Shown here: positions 29,942 through 42,281 of the stretch, piece by piece
Layout of the letters: each line of letters starts with the position of its first letter
Position numbering within the stretch: position 1 is the first letter of the stretch
Sequence record: NC_054925.1
DNA from: Escherichia phage vB_EcoM_NBG2
Strand: one strand, 5' to 3'
DNA: 64,000 bases
Translations under genes and position numbers: made by a program
The notes under the pieces: generated by a model
Database searches by the model: none
What the model saw: only the letters and a program-made list of their open reading frames with translations
What the model was told of the DNA's origin: nothing

Positions 29942-29945
<4 letters not shown>

Positions 29946-30172
29946 TTATTTTTCTCAACCAATGATTGAATATAATCATGCAGGTCTTTAGATGCTTTGC
30001 CCCACTTATTTTGGTATTCATTTTTGAGATTAGCACGTGATTGAGCTAATAAAACATCATTAGTTGGAGGTAAAGATTCTAATCGTTGAATCTGGCGTCC
30101 ATAAATCATTGCAGCCATCTCGGATTCATAAATCAATCCTTTGAGATGTTCAAATTGATGCCATGAAATCAT
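29942..30172 (-). CDS. hypothetical protein
   Basis: 76-aa ORF between pseT and the spanin pair. Confidence 0.45.
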
Positions 30173-30468
30173 TTACACTTATCCTCTTTTAACTCTTGAC
30201 GATAATAACATATCATAGTTTTTTGGTCATGTACATATCGTTTTACATCATTAAGCCAAATACGAAATTCCTGGGAATCTTCAAATGGCATACCGACCCA
30301 AGCTTTACCATCAATAACTTTAACTTGCCAAGATAGTTTAGCTTCATCATATGACTTTATTTGTACAGGCCAATTAGGATGAACTGTTTCTTTCTTTACT
30401 TCTAGAGGCTTTGTCGAACAACCAACTAGAAGACCAATAGATAATATTACTGCTGATAGTTTAATCAT
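30169..30468 (-). CDS. pseT.2: outer-membrane spanin lipoprotein (Rz1-like; T4 pseT.2 equivalent)
   Basis: 99 aa; lipoprotein signal with lipobox LLVGCS. Confidence 0.75.
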   Translation of the reverse strand: MIKLSAVILSIGLLVGCSTKPLEVKKETVHPNWPVQIKSYDEAKLSWQVKVIDGKAWVGMPFEDSQEFRIWLNDVKRYVHDQKTMICYYRQELKEDKCK

Positions 30469-30818
30469 TTAGAAAGGTCCTGGATGTCTTCTGCGAACTT
30501 GTTGAAGGAGTTGTTGATTTGTTTTTCAACCAATCCTGGCTTATGAGCCACCACATCCGCCTTCTTTGCATCTTTGCGCAGTTTTTCATTTTCACGCTCA
30601 ATAGCAGCAATTGCCTCACGATTTTTATTATTCATCGCATCAATATAATTATACTGAATTCGCAAATTATCTAATGCTAAAGCGTTTTCATTGGCTGTTT
30701 TTGTAATTTCAGTAACCGATGTTTCTAATCTTTCTACCTTATTTTTTAAAATAATAGATGTTCCGCCAAATGCTATTACAAGTAATAGCAATCCAGCTGT
30801 AAAATTACTTACATGCAT
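30465..30818 (-). CDS. pseT.3: inner-membrane spanin (Rz-like; T4 pseT.3 equivalent)
   Basis: 117 aa; N-terminal transmembrane segment then coiled-coil-like region; immediately upstream of the lipoprotein. Confidence 0.75.
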   Translation of the reverse strand: MHVSNFTAGLLLLVIAFGGTSIILKNKVERLETSVTEITKTANENALALDNLRIQYNYIDAMNNKNREAIAAIERENEKLRKDAKKADVVAHKPGLVEKQINNSFNKFAEDIQDLSK

Positions 30819-31315
30819 AAAGTTTTAATAACCTCTACAATATCGTCTTGAGAAAGACCGTTAATTAAAATATGATGTTCAGCTGGAGATTTAGAAATTT
30901 TAAAGCATGCCTCAACATCTTCTGCCATATCCGATGCGCTACGATTTGGATTACTAATTCCAAGACGATGTTTTCCCGTCAAAGGATTAACGATGATGTA
31001 GCATTTACAGCTATTAATGTGAACATTAGGTTGAGTCTGATTAATGAACACATCACAATCGTATTTCGCAAGCTGATTTTCTAAAAAGACTTTCATCTCC
31101 TCAACCGCATCAGGAAGCATATCACGGGCTTGCTCAAGACGACGATTTCGATATTCTTTAATGGTCGTTTTCCGTTTGACTTGCTTAGCTAAATCTTTCT
31201 TAAGATCGGTGATATATCCAACTCGACGATTTCCTTTAAATACAGAAATCCCATCTGTAGTATCACCGTATGCTTCAACGACCATCTCAGTAGTAATAAG
31301 CTGCAAATCCATCAT
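30809..31315 (-). CDS. alc: Alc, host transcription-elongation unfolding protein
   Basis: 168 aa between rnlA and the spanins; length and position as T4 alc. Confidence 0.75.
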   Translation of the reverse strand: MMDLQLITTEMVVEAYGDTTDGISVFKGNRRVGYITDLKKDLAKQVKRKTTIKEYRNRRLEQARDMLPDAVEEMKVFLENQLAKYDCDVFINQTQPNVHINSCKCYIIVNPLTGKHRLGISNPNRSASDMAEDVEACFKISKSPAEHHILINGLSQDDIVEVIKTLCM

Positions 31316-31327
31316 AAAGTCCTCATG

Positions 31328-31376
31328 TTATGTCAGTAAGACTACTATAACACAACACGAGGGACTTGTAAACAGC
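31328..31376 (-). promoter_or_regulatory. early-type promoter, near-identical repeat of the 15374-15419 promoter
   Basis: Minus strand GTTTACAagtccctcgtgttgtgTTATAGT, about 50 nt near-identical to the copy at 15374. Confidence 0.5.
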
Positions 31377-32964
<1,588 letters not shown>

Positions 32965-32972
32965 AATAAAAT

Positions 32973-32986
32973 GGGCCTTGCGGCCC
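32973..32986 (-). other. intercistronic stem-loop between nrdB and denA
   Basis: gggcc-ttgc-ggccc hairpin. Confidence 0.45.
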
Positions 32987-32991
32987 ACTCC

Positions 32992-34170
32992 TTAAAAGTA
33001 TTTTTTAAAACTCATCATAACTTTATCATCAACATCATTATCAATCTGTGCTACAAGGTAAGATGACAGTTCTACTTCTTGCGGCGCGGATTGAACATTA
33101 TCAGAATTAAGGTATTCACGAATCCAAGGATATGGATGTTTAACCGGAGCATCGGTAATTGGGCATGGAAGACCACACTGTTTCATACGAGATACAGTTA
33201 AGTAATCAATAAAGCTCCACATGCTATTTGTATTTAATCCAGGAACATCGCCATCTTTAAATAAATGAACTGCCCAATCTTTTTCTTGGCGGTTAACTTC
33301 CATGAAAATATCAACTGCTTCTTGTTCACACTCTTGAGCAATTTTAACCCATTCATCGCCATCAGTGCCAAGTTGAAGTTGACGAATAATATATTGAGTG
33401 CCTTTAAGGTGAAGCTGCTCATCACGTGCAATAAACTTCATAATCTTGGCATTACCTTCCATGATTTCCATGTTCTTATGGAAGTTAAAGGTACATGCAA
33501 AAGATACATAAAAACGAATAGCTTCTAAGGCATTAATAACGTGTAAACAGAGGTAAAGAGACTTCATTAAAGCACGTTTAGCTTCGGCCTCTTGTTTAAT
33601 AGCTCGGTTTAAACGAAAGTCGGCATCAGGAGATTCTTTAGCTAGTTCTACAAATTCTTTAGCATTTTCCCATTCACGGGTTTTAATCAGAACATCATCA
33701 TAATAGCGACCGATAGATTCAGCACGTTTCATGATAGCTTCATCTAATACAATCTCATCAAATACCTTTGATGGGTCAGTATAAAGATTTCGCATGATAT
33801 GAGTATATGAACGGCTGTGAATAGTTTCACTAAAAGTCCATGTAGCAACCCATGTATCAAGGCTTGGGTCTGAAATTAATGACATAAGTACAGCAGACGG
33901 CGCACGACCCTGAATGCTATCCAAAAGTGATTGATACTTCAGGTTGTTAGTAAAAATATTTTGCTGATACTGAGGAAGCTTATTAAACTGCGCAGCATCC
34001 ATCATTAAGTTTACTTCTTCAGGACGCCAGAAAAATGACAACTGCTTTTCGGTTAAATCTTCAAAAACTTTATGACGTTGAATATCATAACGCGCAATAC
34101 CAAGACCTGAACCGAAGAACATAGGTTCTTTTAAAACATCAACTGGATTTGTATTAAAAACTGTGCTCAT
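32992..34170 (-). CDS. nrdB: ribonucleotide reductase small subunit, uninterrupted
   Basis: 392-aa continuous ORF; di-iron motifs present; no intron. Confidence 0.93.
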   Translation of the reverse strand: MSTVFNTNPVDVLKEPMFFGSGLGIARYDIQRHKVFEDLTEKQLSFFWRPEEVNLMMDAAQFNKLPQYQQNIFTNNLKYQSLLDSIQGRAPSAVLMSLISDPSLDTWVATWTFSETIHSRSYTHIMRNLYTDPSKVFDEIVLDEAIMKRAESIGRYYDDVLIKTREWENAKEFVELAKESPDADFRLNRAIKQEAEAKRALMKSLYLCLHVINALEAIRFYVSFACTFNFHKNMEIMEGNAKIMKFIARDEQLHLKGTQYIIRQLQLGTDGDEWVKIAQECEQEAVDIFMEVNRQEKDWAVHLFKDGDVPGLNTNSMWSFIDYLTVSRMKQCGLPCPITDAPVKHPYPWIREYLNSDNVQSAPQEVELSSYLVAQIDNDVDDKVMMSFKKYF

Positions 34171-34221
34171 AAATTTTCCGCTTAGTTAATAGATAGTGAC
34201 TCGTCCGTGAGTCAAATTATA

Positions 34222-36486
34222 TCATAATTTACAGGATGAACAATCTTCAGCTTTTGGAGTTTCTATTTCATAATCATCAGTACCGGAACCATCACGGGTA
34301 TTATGATAATAGAAATTTTTTCCGCCAAAATACCAAAAGTACAAAAGGTCATCAATCATTATTGACATTGGAACCTTTCCTTTTGGAAAAATCTGCGGGT
34401 CATAATATGTATTCGCTGAAGCTGATTGACACACCCATTTCAGCATAATAGCTACCTGCGTAAGATAAGGTTTATTACCTTTCTTAGCTAATTTCCACGT
34501 ATAATCATATAGGTCTATGTTATGCTCAATATTGGGCACGACTTGATTAAAGGAACCCTCTTTTGATTCTTTAACAGAGACTGGTCCACGTGGAGGCTCG
34601 ATACCGTTTGTACTGTTAGAAACTTGGGAAGATGACTCACATGGCATAAGTGCTGATAATGTGCTATTACGGATGCCAAAGAGCTTAAGGTCTTCCCGCA
34701 GCGCCGACCAGTCACAAACGTATTTTGGAGCTGCGATTTGGTCAATCTTTTTATTGTACCAGTCGATAGGTAATTCGCCTCGAGACCAACGAGTGTCTGA
34801 ATAATATTCGCAAGGTCCTTTTTCTTTGGCGAGCTTAATGGATGCTTTAATGAGTCCATACTGTAATCTCTCAAATAGTTCATGTGTTAAATCGTTAGCA
34901 TCTTCATAAGAAGCAAAGTTACTTGCCAGCCAAGCTGCATAGTTGGTAACACCTACGCCAAGATTACGACGCTTTTTAGCTTTTTCTGCTTCAGGAACTG
35001 GATATCCTTGGTAATCCAAAAGATTATCAAGAGCGCGAACTTGAACTTCTGCTAATTCATTAATTTTATCTTGGTCTTGCCAATCGAAGTTATCCAACAC
35101 AAATGCAGATAACGTACACAATCCAATTTCAGCATCAGGACTATTCACATCATTTGTTGGAATAGCAATTTCACAACACAAGTTACTCTGGCGAATAGGT
35201 GCCTTTTCACGAATAAACGGAGTATAGTTATTCGTATTATCAATGAACTGCACATAAATCCTTGCTGTTCCTGAGCGTTCAGTCATGAGCAATTCAAATA
35301 GTTCACGGGCTTTAATACGCTTTTTACGAATATTAGGATCTTTTTCTGCTGCTTCGTATAATTCACGGAAACGGTCTTGGTCTTTAAAATAAGAATAATA
35401 AAGTTCGCCACCCATTTCATGTGGACTAAACAAAGTAATGTAATCGTTCTTTCCAAAACGTTCCATCATCAAATCATTCAGCTGGACACCATAATCCATA
35501 TGACGGATACGGTTTTCTTCTACGCCTTTGTTATTTTTCAAAACGAGAAGATTTTCAACTTCCAAATGCCAAATAGGATAATAAGCAGTAGCAGCGCCGC
35601 CACGAATTCCGCCCTGTGAACATGATTTAACAGCAGTCTGAACATGTTTCCAAAAAGGAATAACACCAGTATGACGCACTTCACCTGTGCCAATCTTAGA
35701 ACCTTCGGCACGAATCATACCAACGTTAATGCCGATTCCAGCTCGCTTGGAGATATATTCAACAATTGAAGCAGAAGCTTTGTTGATAGACTTCAGCGAA
35801 TCACCTGCCTCAATAACAACGCATGAACTAAACTGTCGAGTTGGAGTACGACATCCAGCCATAATAGGAGTTGGCAGTGAAATCTGTCGAGTAGATACTG
35901 CTTCATAAAAACGAATAACATGTTTTAATCTGTCAACAGGTTCATCTTGATGCAATGCCATTCCAATAGTCATAAATGCAAACTGCGGAGTTTCATAAAT
36001 TTGACCAGTGGTTTTATCTTTAACGAGATATTTTTCTTTTAATTGCATCGCTCCGGAATAAGTAAATTCCATATCCCGCTCGTGCTTAATTTTTGATTCT
36101 AAAAATGTAATTTCTTCTGCAGAATATTTTGACAACAATTCAGGGTCGTATTTACCTTCATTTACACAGTAAGAAATATGGTCAATAAATGAACGTGGTT
36201 CATACTGCCCATAAACATGCTTACGAAGAGCAAACATTAAACAGCGTGCAGCTACATATTGATAATCAGGTTCTTCAACCGAAATAGAATTCGCAGCAGC
36301 CTTAATGACAATAGTCTGAATATCATCAGTTGTCATTCCATCACGGAGATAAGATTTAATATTTTCATATAATTCATAAGGATCTACTGATGTTCCCTCA
36401 GCTGCCCAAGATAAAACTTTAATAATTTTTTGTGGGTCAAAGCTCTGAGAAACACCACTACTTTTGATAACATTAATTAATTGCAT
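34222..36486 (-). CDS. nrdA: ribonucleotide reductase large subunit
   Basis: 754 aa; N-terminal ATP-cone then RNR barrel. Confidence 0.96.
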   Translation of the reverse strand: MQLINVIKSSGVSQSFDPQKIIKVLSWAAEGTSVDPYELYENIKSYLRDGMTTDDIQTIVIKAAANSISVEEPDYQYVAARCLMFALRKHVYGQYEPRSFIDHISYCVNEGKYDPELLSKYSAEEITFLESKIKHERDMEFTYSGAMQLKEKYLVKDKTTGQIYETPQFAFMTIGMALHQDEPVDRLKHVIRFYEAVSTRQISLPTPIMAGCRTPTRQFSSCVVIEAGDSLKSINKASASIVEYISKRAGIGINVGMIRAEGSKIGTGEVRHTGVIPFWKHVQTAVKSCSQGGIRGGAATAYYPIWHLEVENLLVLKNNKGVEENRIRHMDYGVQLNDLMMERFGKNDYITLFSPHEMGGELYYSYFKDQDRFRELYEAAEKDPNIRKKRIKARELFELLMTERSGTARIYVQFIDNTNNYTPFIREKAPIRQSNLCCEIAIPTNDVNSPDAEIGLCTLSAFVLDNFDWQDQDKINELAEVQVRALDNLLDYQGYPVPEAEKAKKRRNLGVGVTNYAAWLASNFASYEDANDLTHELFERLQYGLIKASIKLAKEKGPCEYYSDTRWSRGELPIDWYNKKIDQIAAPKYVCDWSALREDLKLFGIRNSTLSALMPCESSSQVSNSTNGIEPPRGPVSVKESKEGSFNQVVPNIEHNIDLYDYTWKLAKKGNKPYLTQVAIMLKWVCQSASANTYYDPQIFPKGKVPMSIMIDDLLYFWYFGGKNFYYHNTRDGSGTDDYEIETPKAEDCSSCKL

Positions 36487-36803
36487 AAGTCCTCAACTTG
36501 AAAATCGTCTTTAAACAATCGGTTAACTATATGAGCTATTATATCACCATGACACGGCTTTGGTTTACATGTGCATCCTAGCCTCATTCCACGTAAAGGC
36601 TCTAAATGTGCTTTAGTTATTTCTCCGGATTTAATTCGACGTATAAAATCTTTTTTGAATAATTCAATGGCAGCCTCCCGGCTGCCAGCATCTTTACCGA
36701 CGTAATTTCCCCAAAATGTACCACGGTGAATATTAACATCAAAGTCGGATTTGTATTTATTCACTACCCGGCATAGACGGCCCGCGCGGTTGTAGGTGTT
36801 CAT
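36477..36803 (-). CDS. hypothetical protein (nrdA.1 position)
   Basis: 108-aa Cys/His-containing ORF. Confidence 0.5.
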   Translation of the reverse strand: MNTYNRAGRLCRVVNKYKSDFDVNIHRGTFWGNYVGKDAGSREAAIELFKKDFIRRIKSGEITKAHLEPLRGMRLGCTCKPKPCHGDIIAHIVNRLFKDDFQVEDLCN

Positions 36804-37032
36804 ATTGTTCTTCCGTTAAAACAGTAATATCGTAGTAACAGTCAGAAGAAGTTTTAACTGTAGAAATTTTATTATCAAAATACTCACGAGTCATTTTATG
36901 AGTATAATATTTTTTGCCATAAATGATAATAGGCTGATTTGGTCCTGGAACTTCTAACTCACTTGGATTAGGAAGTGTAAAAAGAACTACACCAGAAGTA
37001 TCTTTAAATCGTAAAATCATATATCCTCGCAA
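36757..37032 (-). CDS. hypothetical protein (nrdA.2 position)
   Basis: 91-aa ORF overlapping the next ORF by 47 nt. Confidence 0.45.
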   Translation of the reverse strand: MRGYMILRFKDTSGVVLFTLPNPSELEVPGPNQPIIIYGKKYYTHKMTREYFDNKISTVKTSSDCYYDITVLTEEQYEHLQPRGPSMPGSE

Positions 37033-37043
37033 TTAAATTAAAA

Positions 37044-37355
37044 TTACACCGCCATCTTTCCTTTAATAGGAGGGTGTGATTCATAGTTGTTAAGAACAAA
37101 ATTATGCGGCTTTGCGAATTGACTCAACCAAAATACCTGCGATTCTGTGTCCCATTCATCAAATTCATCTGGAAATTTTAATTGCAATTCGCATAAATCC
37201 ATAGGTTCACGACGCAAAATTTCTTTACATTGTTCTACGTGATTCATATAGATATGAGTATTACCACCGGAAAATATCAAATCTCCCGGAATAAGATTAC
37301 ACATCTTAGCTACAATATGAACTAACGTAGCATATGATGCAATGTTGAATGGAAG
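37044..37355 (-). CDS. td: thymidylate synthase, exon 2
   Basis: Encodes [19 protein letters not shown]...IKGKMAV; joins exon 1 after intron removal to give a 286-aa protein. Confidence 0.9.
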   Translation of the reverse strand, partial: LPFNIASYATLVHIVAKMCNLIPGDLIFSGGNTHIYMNHVEQCKEILRREPMDLCELQLKFPDEFDEWDTESQVFWLSQFAKPHNFVLNNYESHPPIKGKMAV

Positions 37356-38371
37356 CATTATGTTCAGATAAGGTCGTTAATCTTACCCCGGAATTATATC
37401 CAGCTGCATGTCACCATGCAGATCAGACTATATCTCCAACTTGTTAAAGCAAGTTGTCTATCGTTTCGAGTCACTTGACCCTACTCCCCAAAGGGATAGT
37501 CGTTAGGCATTTATGTAGAACCAATTCCATTTATCAGATTTTACACGATAAGTAACTAATCCAGACGAAATTTTAAAATGTCTAGCTGCATCTGCTGCAC
37601 AATCAAAAATAACCCCATCACATGAAATCTTTTTAATATTACTAGGCTTTTTACCTTTCATCTTTTCTGATATTTTAGATTTAGTTATGTCTGAATGCTT
37701 ATGATTAAAGAATGAATTATTTTCACCTGAACGATTTCTGCATTTACTACAAGTATAAGCAGAAGTTTGTATGCGAACACCGCACTTACAAAACTTATGG
37801 GTTTCTGGATTCCAACGCCCGTTTTTACTTCCGGGTTTACTGTAAAGAGCTTTCCGACCATCAGGTCCAAGTTTAAGCATCTTAGCTTTAACAGTTTCAG
37901 AACGTTTCTTAATAATTTCTTCTTTTAATGGATGCGTAGAACATGTATCACCAAACGTTGCATCAGCAATATTGTATCCATTAATTTTAGAATTAAGCTC
38001 TTTAATCCAAAAATTTTCTCGTTCAATAATCAAATCTTTCTCATATGGAATTTCTTCCAAAATAGAACATTCAAACACATTACCATGTTTGTTAAAAGAC
38101 CTCTGAAGTTTTATAGAAGAATGGCATCCTTTTTCTAAATCTTTAAAATGCCTCTTCCATCTCTTTTCAAAATCTTTAGCACTTCCTACATATACTTTAT
38201 TGTTTAAAGTATTTTTAATCTGATAAATTCCGCTTTTCATAAATACCTCTTTAAATATAGAAGTATTTATTAAAGGGCAGTCCTACAATTTAGCACGGGA
38301 TTGTCTACTAGAGAGGTTCCCCGTTTAGATAGATTACAAGTATAAGTCACCTTATACTCAGGCCTCAATTA
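37356..38371 (-). mobile_element. group I self-splicing intron in td (1016 nt) carrying I-TevI
   Basis: Exon 1 ends ...TTGGGT; intron starts TAATTGAGGCCTGAGTATAAGGTGAC and ends ...CTGAACATAATG. Confidence 0.9.
37503..38240 (-). CDS. I-TevI: intron-encoded GIY-YIG homing endonuclease I-TevI
   Basis: 245 aa; N-terminal GIY-YIG (SGIYQIKNTLNNKVYVGSAKDFEKR), Cys-rich zinc finger, C-terminal DNA-binding region. Confidence 0.92.
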   Translation of the reverse strand: MKSGIYQIKNTLNNKVYVGSAKDFEKRWKRHFKDLEKGCHSSIKLQRSFNKHGNVFECSILEEIPYEKDLIIERENFWIKELNSKINGYNIADATFGDTCSTHPLKEEIIKKRSETVKAKMLKLGPDGRKALYSKPGSKNGRWNPETHKFCKCGVRIQTSAYTCSKCRNRSGENNSFFNHKHSDITKSKISEKMKGKKPSNIKKISCDGVIFDCAADAARHFKISSGLVTYRVKSDKWNWFYINA

Positions 38372-38920
38372 ACCCAAGAAAACATCTACTGATCGTTGAT
38401 ACCACTGCAAATCCAAATAGCCATTACGCACATTAAATTGATAGAACATATGACAAGGCGGTAATGCCATATATTTAAGTTCAGCTGGATTCCATGCAGA
38501 AACAATTTGACGCCTATCATTTGGCAGTTTTTTAATACGATCAATAACTTCTATAATTTGGTCTACACCGCCAAAATCACGCCACTGTTTTCCATAAATT
38601 GGACCAAGTTCACCGCTATGGTATCCTAAATCTTTTGCTTGATTTTCGTAATTTTCATCCCAGACTGTTTTGCCTTGAATTAATGAATCATGCTGAATTA
38701 ATCGTAAATCATTTACGTTAGTGCTTCCTGATAAAAACCAAAGCAGCTCAGCAATGCAAGCTTTCCAGGCGAGCTTCTTAGTTGTTACTGCAGGAAAACC
38801 TTTAGTTAAATCCCAGCGTAATTTAGTACCGAACAAAGCAATTGTTCCTGTGCCTGTTCGGTCATCGGTTTCGTAGCCATTTTCAAAAATGTCTTTAATT
38901 AAATCTTGGTATTGTTTCAT
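38372..38920 (-). CDS. td: thymidylate synthase, exon 1
   Basis: 183 aa, MKQYQDLIKDIFENGYETDDRTGTGT...; ends ...QRSVDVFLG at the 5' splice site. Confidence 0.92.
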
Positions 38921-38965
38921 TTAGTACCTTATATAAATTATAATACATTTTATGAAGCTAAATAA

Positions 38966-39325
38966 TCAATACGGTTTAGCATCAAATTTTCTCTCAATTT
39001 CAGGTGTGAAATATAATTCTTTACCACGTTTGGAAAAGCGACCAATAATATGATAATTATTCTCATCAAACGTGATATTACCAATATCCATAGCTTTCAA
39101 CCAAATATCGATATTTCTATCCAGCTTTATGTCAAAATTCCAATACGGAGAACTATTACCAAAAATACTACAAGCGGATTCAGTGAAACAACTGCTATAA
39201 ATCTTGTCTTTAGGAACTACTAATTGATAGACACCTTTAATAAACTGAGGACCTTGCCACTTTGGCTGTTTCGCGTCTTCTTCTAATAGAATAGGGTAAT
39301 AATTAAAATTCATATTTTCCGCCAC
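38966..39325 (-). CDS. hypothetical protein inserted between frd and td
   Basis: 119-aa ORF with a GTG start (internal ATG at codon 5); no recognisable motif. Confidence 0.5.
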   Translation of the reverse strand: MAENMNFNYYPILLEEDAKQPKWQGPQFIKGVYQLVVPKDKIYSSCFTESACSIFGNSSPYWNFDIKLDRNIDIWLKAMDIGNITFDENNYHIIGRFSKRGKELYFTPEIERKFDAKPY

Positions 39326-39333
39326 GCGTTATT

Positions 39334-40160
<827 letters not shown>

Positions 40161-40170
40161 ATTATTTTCC

Positions 40171-40413
40171 TTAAACAGACTTTTTCACAATTTTCCAATC
40201 AGCTTTAAACTGCTCGACGTCAGAATGGTAAATCCAGAATCCTGCGCTTTCTCCGTCTTCATAAAGAGGACATCCATCGCATTCATCTTCCCATCCCATG
40301 TCACGTAAAAGATGTTCAGCTTTTTCAACAAGTTCAGAATCTTTACCGATGATATTAAAATACCATTTACCTCTAACTTCTGAATCTTTGATGCTCTGGC
40401 GTTGTAATCTCAT
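40171..40413 (-). CDS. hypothetical protein (frd.2 position)
   Basis: 80-aa ORF preceded by an early promoter. Confidence 0.5.
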   Translation of the reverse strand: MRLQRQSIKDSEVRGKWYFNIIGKDSELVEKAEHLLRDMGWEDECDGCPLYEDGESAGFWIYHSDVEQFKADWKIVKKSV

Positions 40414-40435
40414 TTTATTCTCCTTAGTTGATAGG

Positions 40436-40490
40436 GTAATAGTATCACACTACTACCCTGTTGTAAACTACTTTTTGAAAGTTTTTCGCA
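40436..40490 (-). promoter_or_regulatory. early-type promoter with A/T-rich UP element
   Basis: Minus strand aaaaactttcaaaaagta-GTTTACA-N16-TGATACTAT. Confidence 0.45.
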
Positions 40491-40854
40491 AAAGTTCAAT
40501 GATTTCATCTACATTATTTTCGTCAACAATGCAGTGAATTTTTGTTACGCCATAAACCTTGTCTTTGACTTCATCTTCTTCAAAAGTTGGTTCTTTATAC
40601 TCGCGAAAACAATAAAACTCTTCTTCACTAAGTTCAAAATAATCATCACCCATACCATCATCATTATAGATTTCACCATTGGCGCAAATGATTTCGGTTA
40701 CATAATCAAATCCATCTAAACTTGATATTGATTTAACTTCAAACCAACCGCCATTTTCTTGAATGATGCCGACCATACTAGCATTTGATGAACTAATATC
40801 AATGAAAGATTTAATACGGTGTGGATTTAACTCATATTTTTTGCCGATTTCCAT
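40468..40854 (-). CDS. hypothetical protein (frd.3 region)
   Basis: 128-aa acidic ORF. Confidence 0.5.
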   Translation of the reverse strand: MEIGKKYELNPHRIKSFIDISSSNASMVGIIQENGGWFEVKSISSLDGFDYVTEIICANGEIYNDDGMGDDYFELSEEEFYCFREYKEPTFEEDEVKDKVYGVTKIHCIVDENNVDEIIELLRKTFKK

Positions 40855-40900
40855 TTTTGATTTTCCTCATTTTAATAGGGGCTTGATAGCCCCTTGATAA

Positions 40901-41128
40901 TTATTGTTCAATCAATCCCATGTAAAATTCTGCGTCTTCAGAATCCATGCCATCACAATATTCATTAGCCATAAAGAGGGTGAGGTCTTCAAGAGGACCT
41001 TTAATAACGATTTGAATACTCCAAAACTTAGAATCTTGCACGCTTGTGATACTAAGTTCAGGATAACGATTACGAATAGTCTCTTCAATATATTCAAAAT
41101 CAACGATGTCAATATCAACTTTAGCCAT
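40901..41128 (-). CDS. hypothetical protein (start moved to internal Met)
   Basis: Track ORF starts at 41191, upstream of the predicted promoter; AAAGAGGA precedes the Met of MAKVDIDIV... Confidence 0.45.
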   Translation of the reverse strand: MAKVDIDIVDFEYIEETIRNRYPELSITSVQDSKFWSIQIVIKGPLEDLTLFMANEYCDGMDSEDAEFYMGLIEQ

Positions 41129-41167
41129 ATTATTTTCCTCTTTAATCATCAGCAGTATTGCCGATAG

Positions 41168-41225
41168 TTGTATAGTACCATGGAAGGACAAGGATGTAAA
41201 CGGCTTTGTGAAAAAATTTTTGAAA
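41168..41225 (-). promoter_or_regulatory. early-type promoter
   Basis: Minus strand GTTTACA-N14-TGGTACTATACAAC; same extended motif as at 58282 and 61926. Confidence 0.45.
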
Positions 41226-41251
41226 TAAAAAAGGGGACCTCTAGGGTCCCC
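41225..41251 (-). terminator. rho-independent terminator of gene 32
   Basis: ggggacc-ctaga-ggtcccc hairpin followed by UUUUUU, 20 nt downstream of the gene 32 stop. Confidence 0.7.
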
Positions 41252-41273
41252 AATTAATTAGTAATATAATCTG

Positions 41274-42182
41274 TTAAAGGTCATTCAAAAGGTCATCCAG
41301 GTCCGTGTCATCAGCACTAGATGAACTGCCAGAGCTTGAGCTCATAAAATCATCTTCAGTTTTTGTTTTGAAGTCATCAACATTGAATGCATCCAAATCA
41401 TCAGCAACTTTATCAGCTTTCTTAGCGGCAGTTGCTGCGGCACCACCCATAGCAGCAGTTCCCATAACTTGACTGAACTTAGTGCTCAGTTCTTCAAACG
41501 ATTTGAATTTATCTTTAGAAGTCATTTCAGAAAGGTCAACCATTTGTTCGAACAGTTCTTTCTGGAAAGATTCATCGTCAATGTTTGGAATCGCAGATTG
41601 ATTCAGGAATTTAGATTCATCGTAGTTACTAAAACCAGAAACTTGTTTAACTTTCAGTACAAAGTTAGCACCTTCCCACGGACAAGTTACATCAACCGGA
41701 GTTTCACCCATTTCAACATCAACCGCAATCATTGCATTGATTTTATCCCAGATTTTCTTACCGAAACGGTATTTAAATACTTTACCTTCGTTTTCTGGAG
41801 CAGCTGGGTCTTTTACAACAAGAATGTTAGCCCAGTAAGAAGTTTTACGTTTAACAAGACTGTACTCTTTATTGTCAGTGTTGTACAGATCATTTTTACT
41901 GATGTACTGACATACTGGGCAAGAATCGTAATCACCGTGGGTAGATGAACAGTTTTCAATATACCATTTACCATTTTTCTTGAAACCGTGATTTACAAGA
42001 ATTGCGAATGGTGCCTGTTCATCATTTTTAGACGGAAGAAAACGAATTACTGCTTGACCGTTACCCGCATTGTCGAGTTTCAGTTTCCACTCGCCTTTAT
42101 CTTCAGAAGAAAAACCACCTTTATTTCCAGCCAGTTTAGCCATTTGTGCAGCGAGTTCAGCAGTAGATTTACGTTTAAACAT
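41274..42182 (-). CDS. 32: single-stranded DNA-binding protein gp32
   Basis: 302 aa, [48 protein letters not shown]...; acidic Ser/Asp-rich C-terminus. Confidence 0.97.
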   Translation of the reverse strand: MFKRKSTAELAAQMAKLAGNKGGFSSEDKGEWKLKLDNAGNGQAVIRFLPSKNDEQAPFAILVNHGFKKNGKWYIENCSSTHGDYDSCPVCQYISKNDLYNTDNKEYSLVKRKTSYWANILVVKDPAAPENEGKVFKYRFGKKIWDKINAMIAVDVEMGETPVDVTCPWEGANFVLKVKQVSGFSNYDESKFLNQSAIPNIDDESFQKELFEQMVDLSEMTSKDKFKSFEELSTKFSQVMGTAAMGGAAATAAKKADKVADDLDAFNVDDFKTKTEDDFMSSSSGSSSSADDTDLDDLLNDL

Positions 42183-42211
42183 TTTTATTTCCTTTTTAAT
42201 TTAATTAACAG

Positions 42212-42248
42212 TTGGTGCTATGACGATGTATGACCTCATAGCTGGTCA
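42212..42248 (-). promoter_or_regulatory. gene 32 translational operator (5'-leader pseudoknot)
   Basis: Minus strand reads CACTGACCAGCTATGAGGTCATACATCGTCATAGCACC, matching the T4 gene 32 autoregulatory pseudoknot as I recall it. Confidence 0.7.
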
Positions 42249-42263
42249 GTGAGATAATTATAA

Positions 42264-42271
42264 TCTATTTA
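42264..42271 (-). promoter_or_regulatory. late promoter TATAAATA upstream of gene 32
   Basis: TATAAATA on minus strand about 85 nt upstream of the gene 32 ATG. Confidence 0.5.
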
Positions 42272-42281
42272 TAATAAGCAA

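Noticed and set aside
32992-34170. Expected nrdB group I intron with I-TevIII
   Set aside because: nrdB is one continuous 392-codon frame with no intervening sequence.
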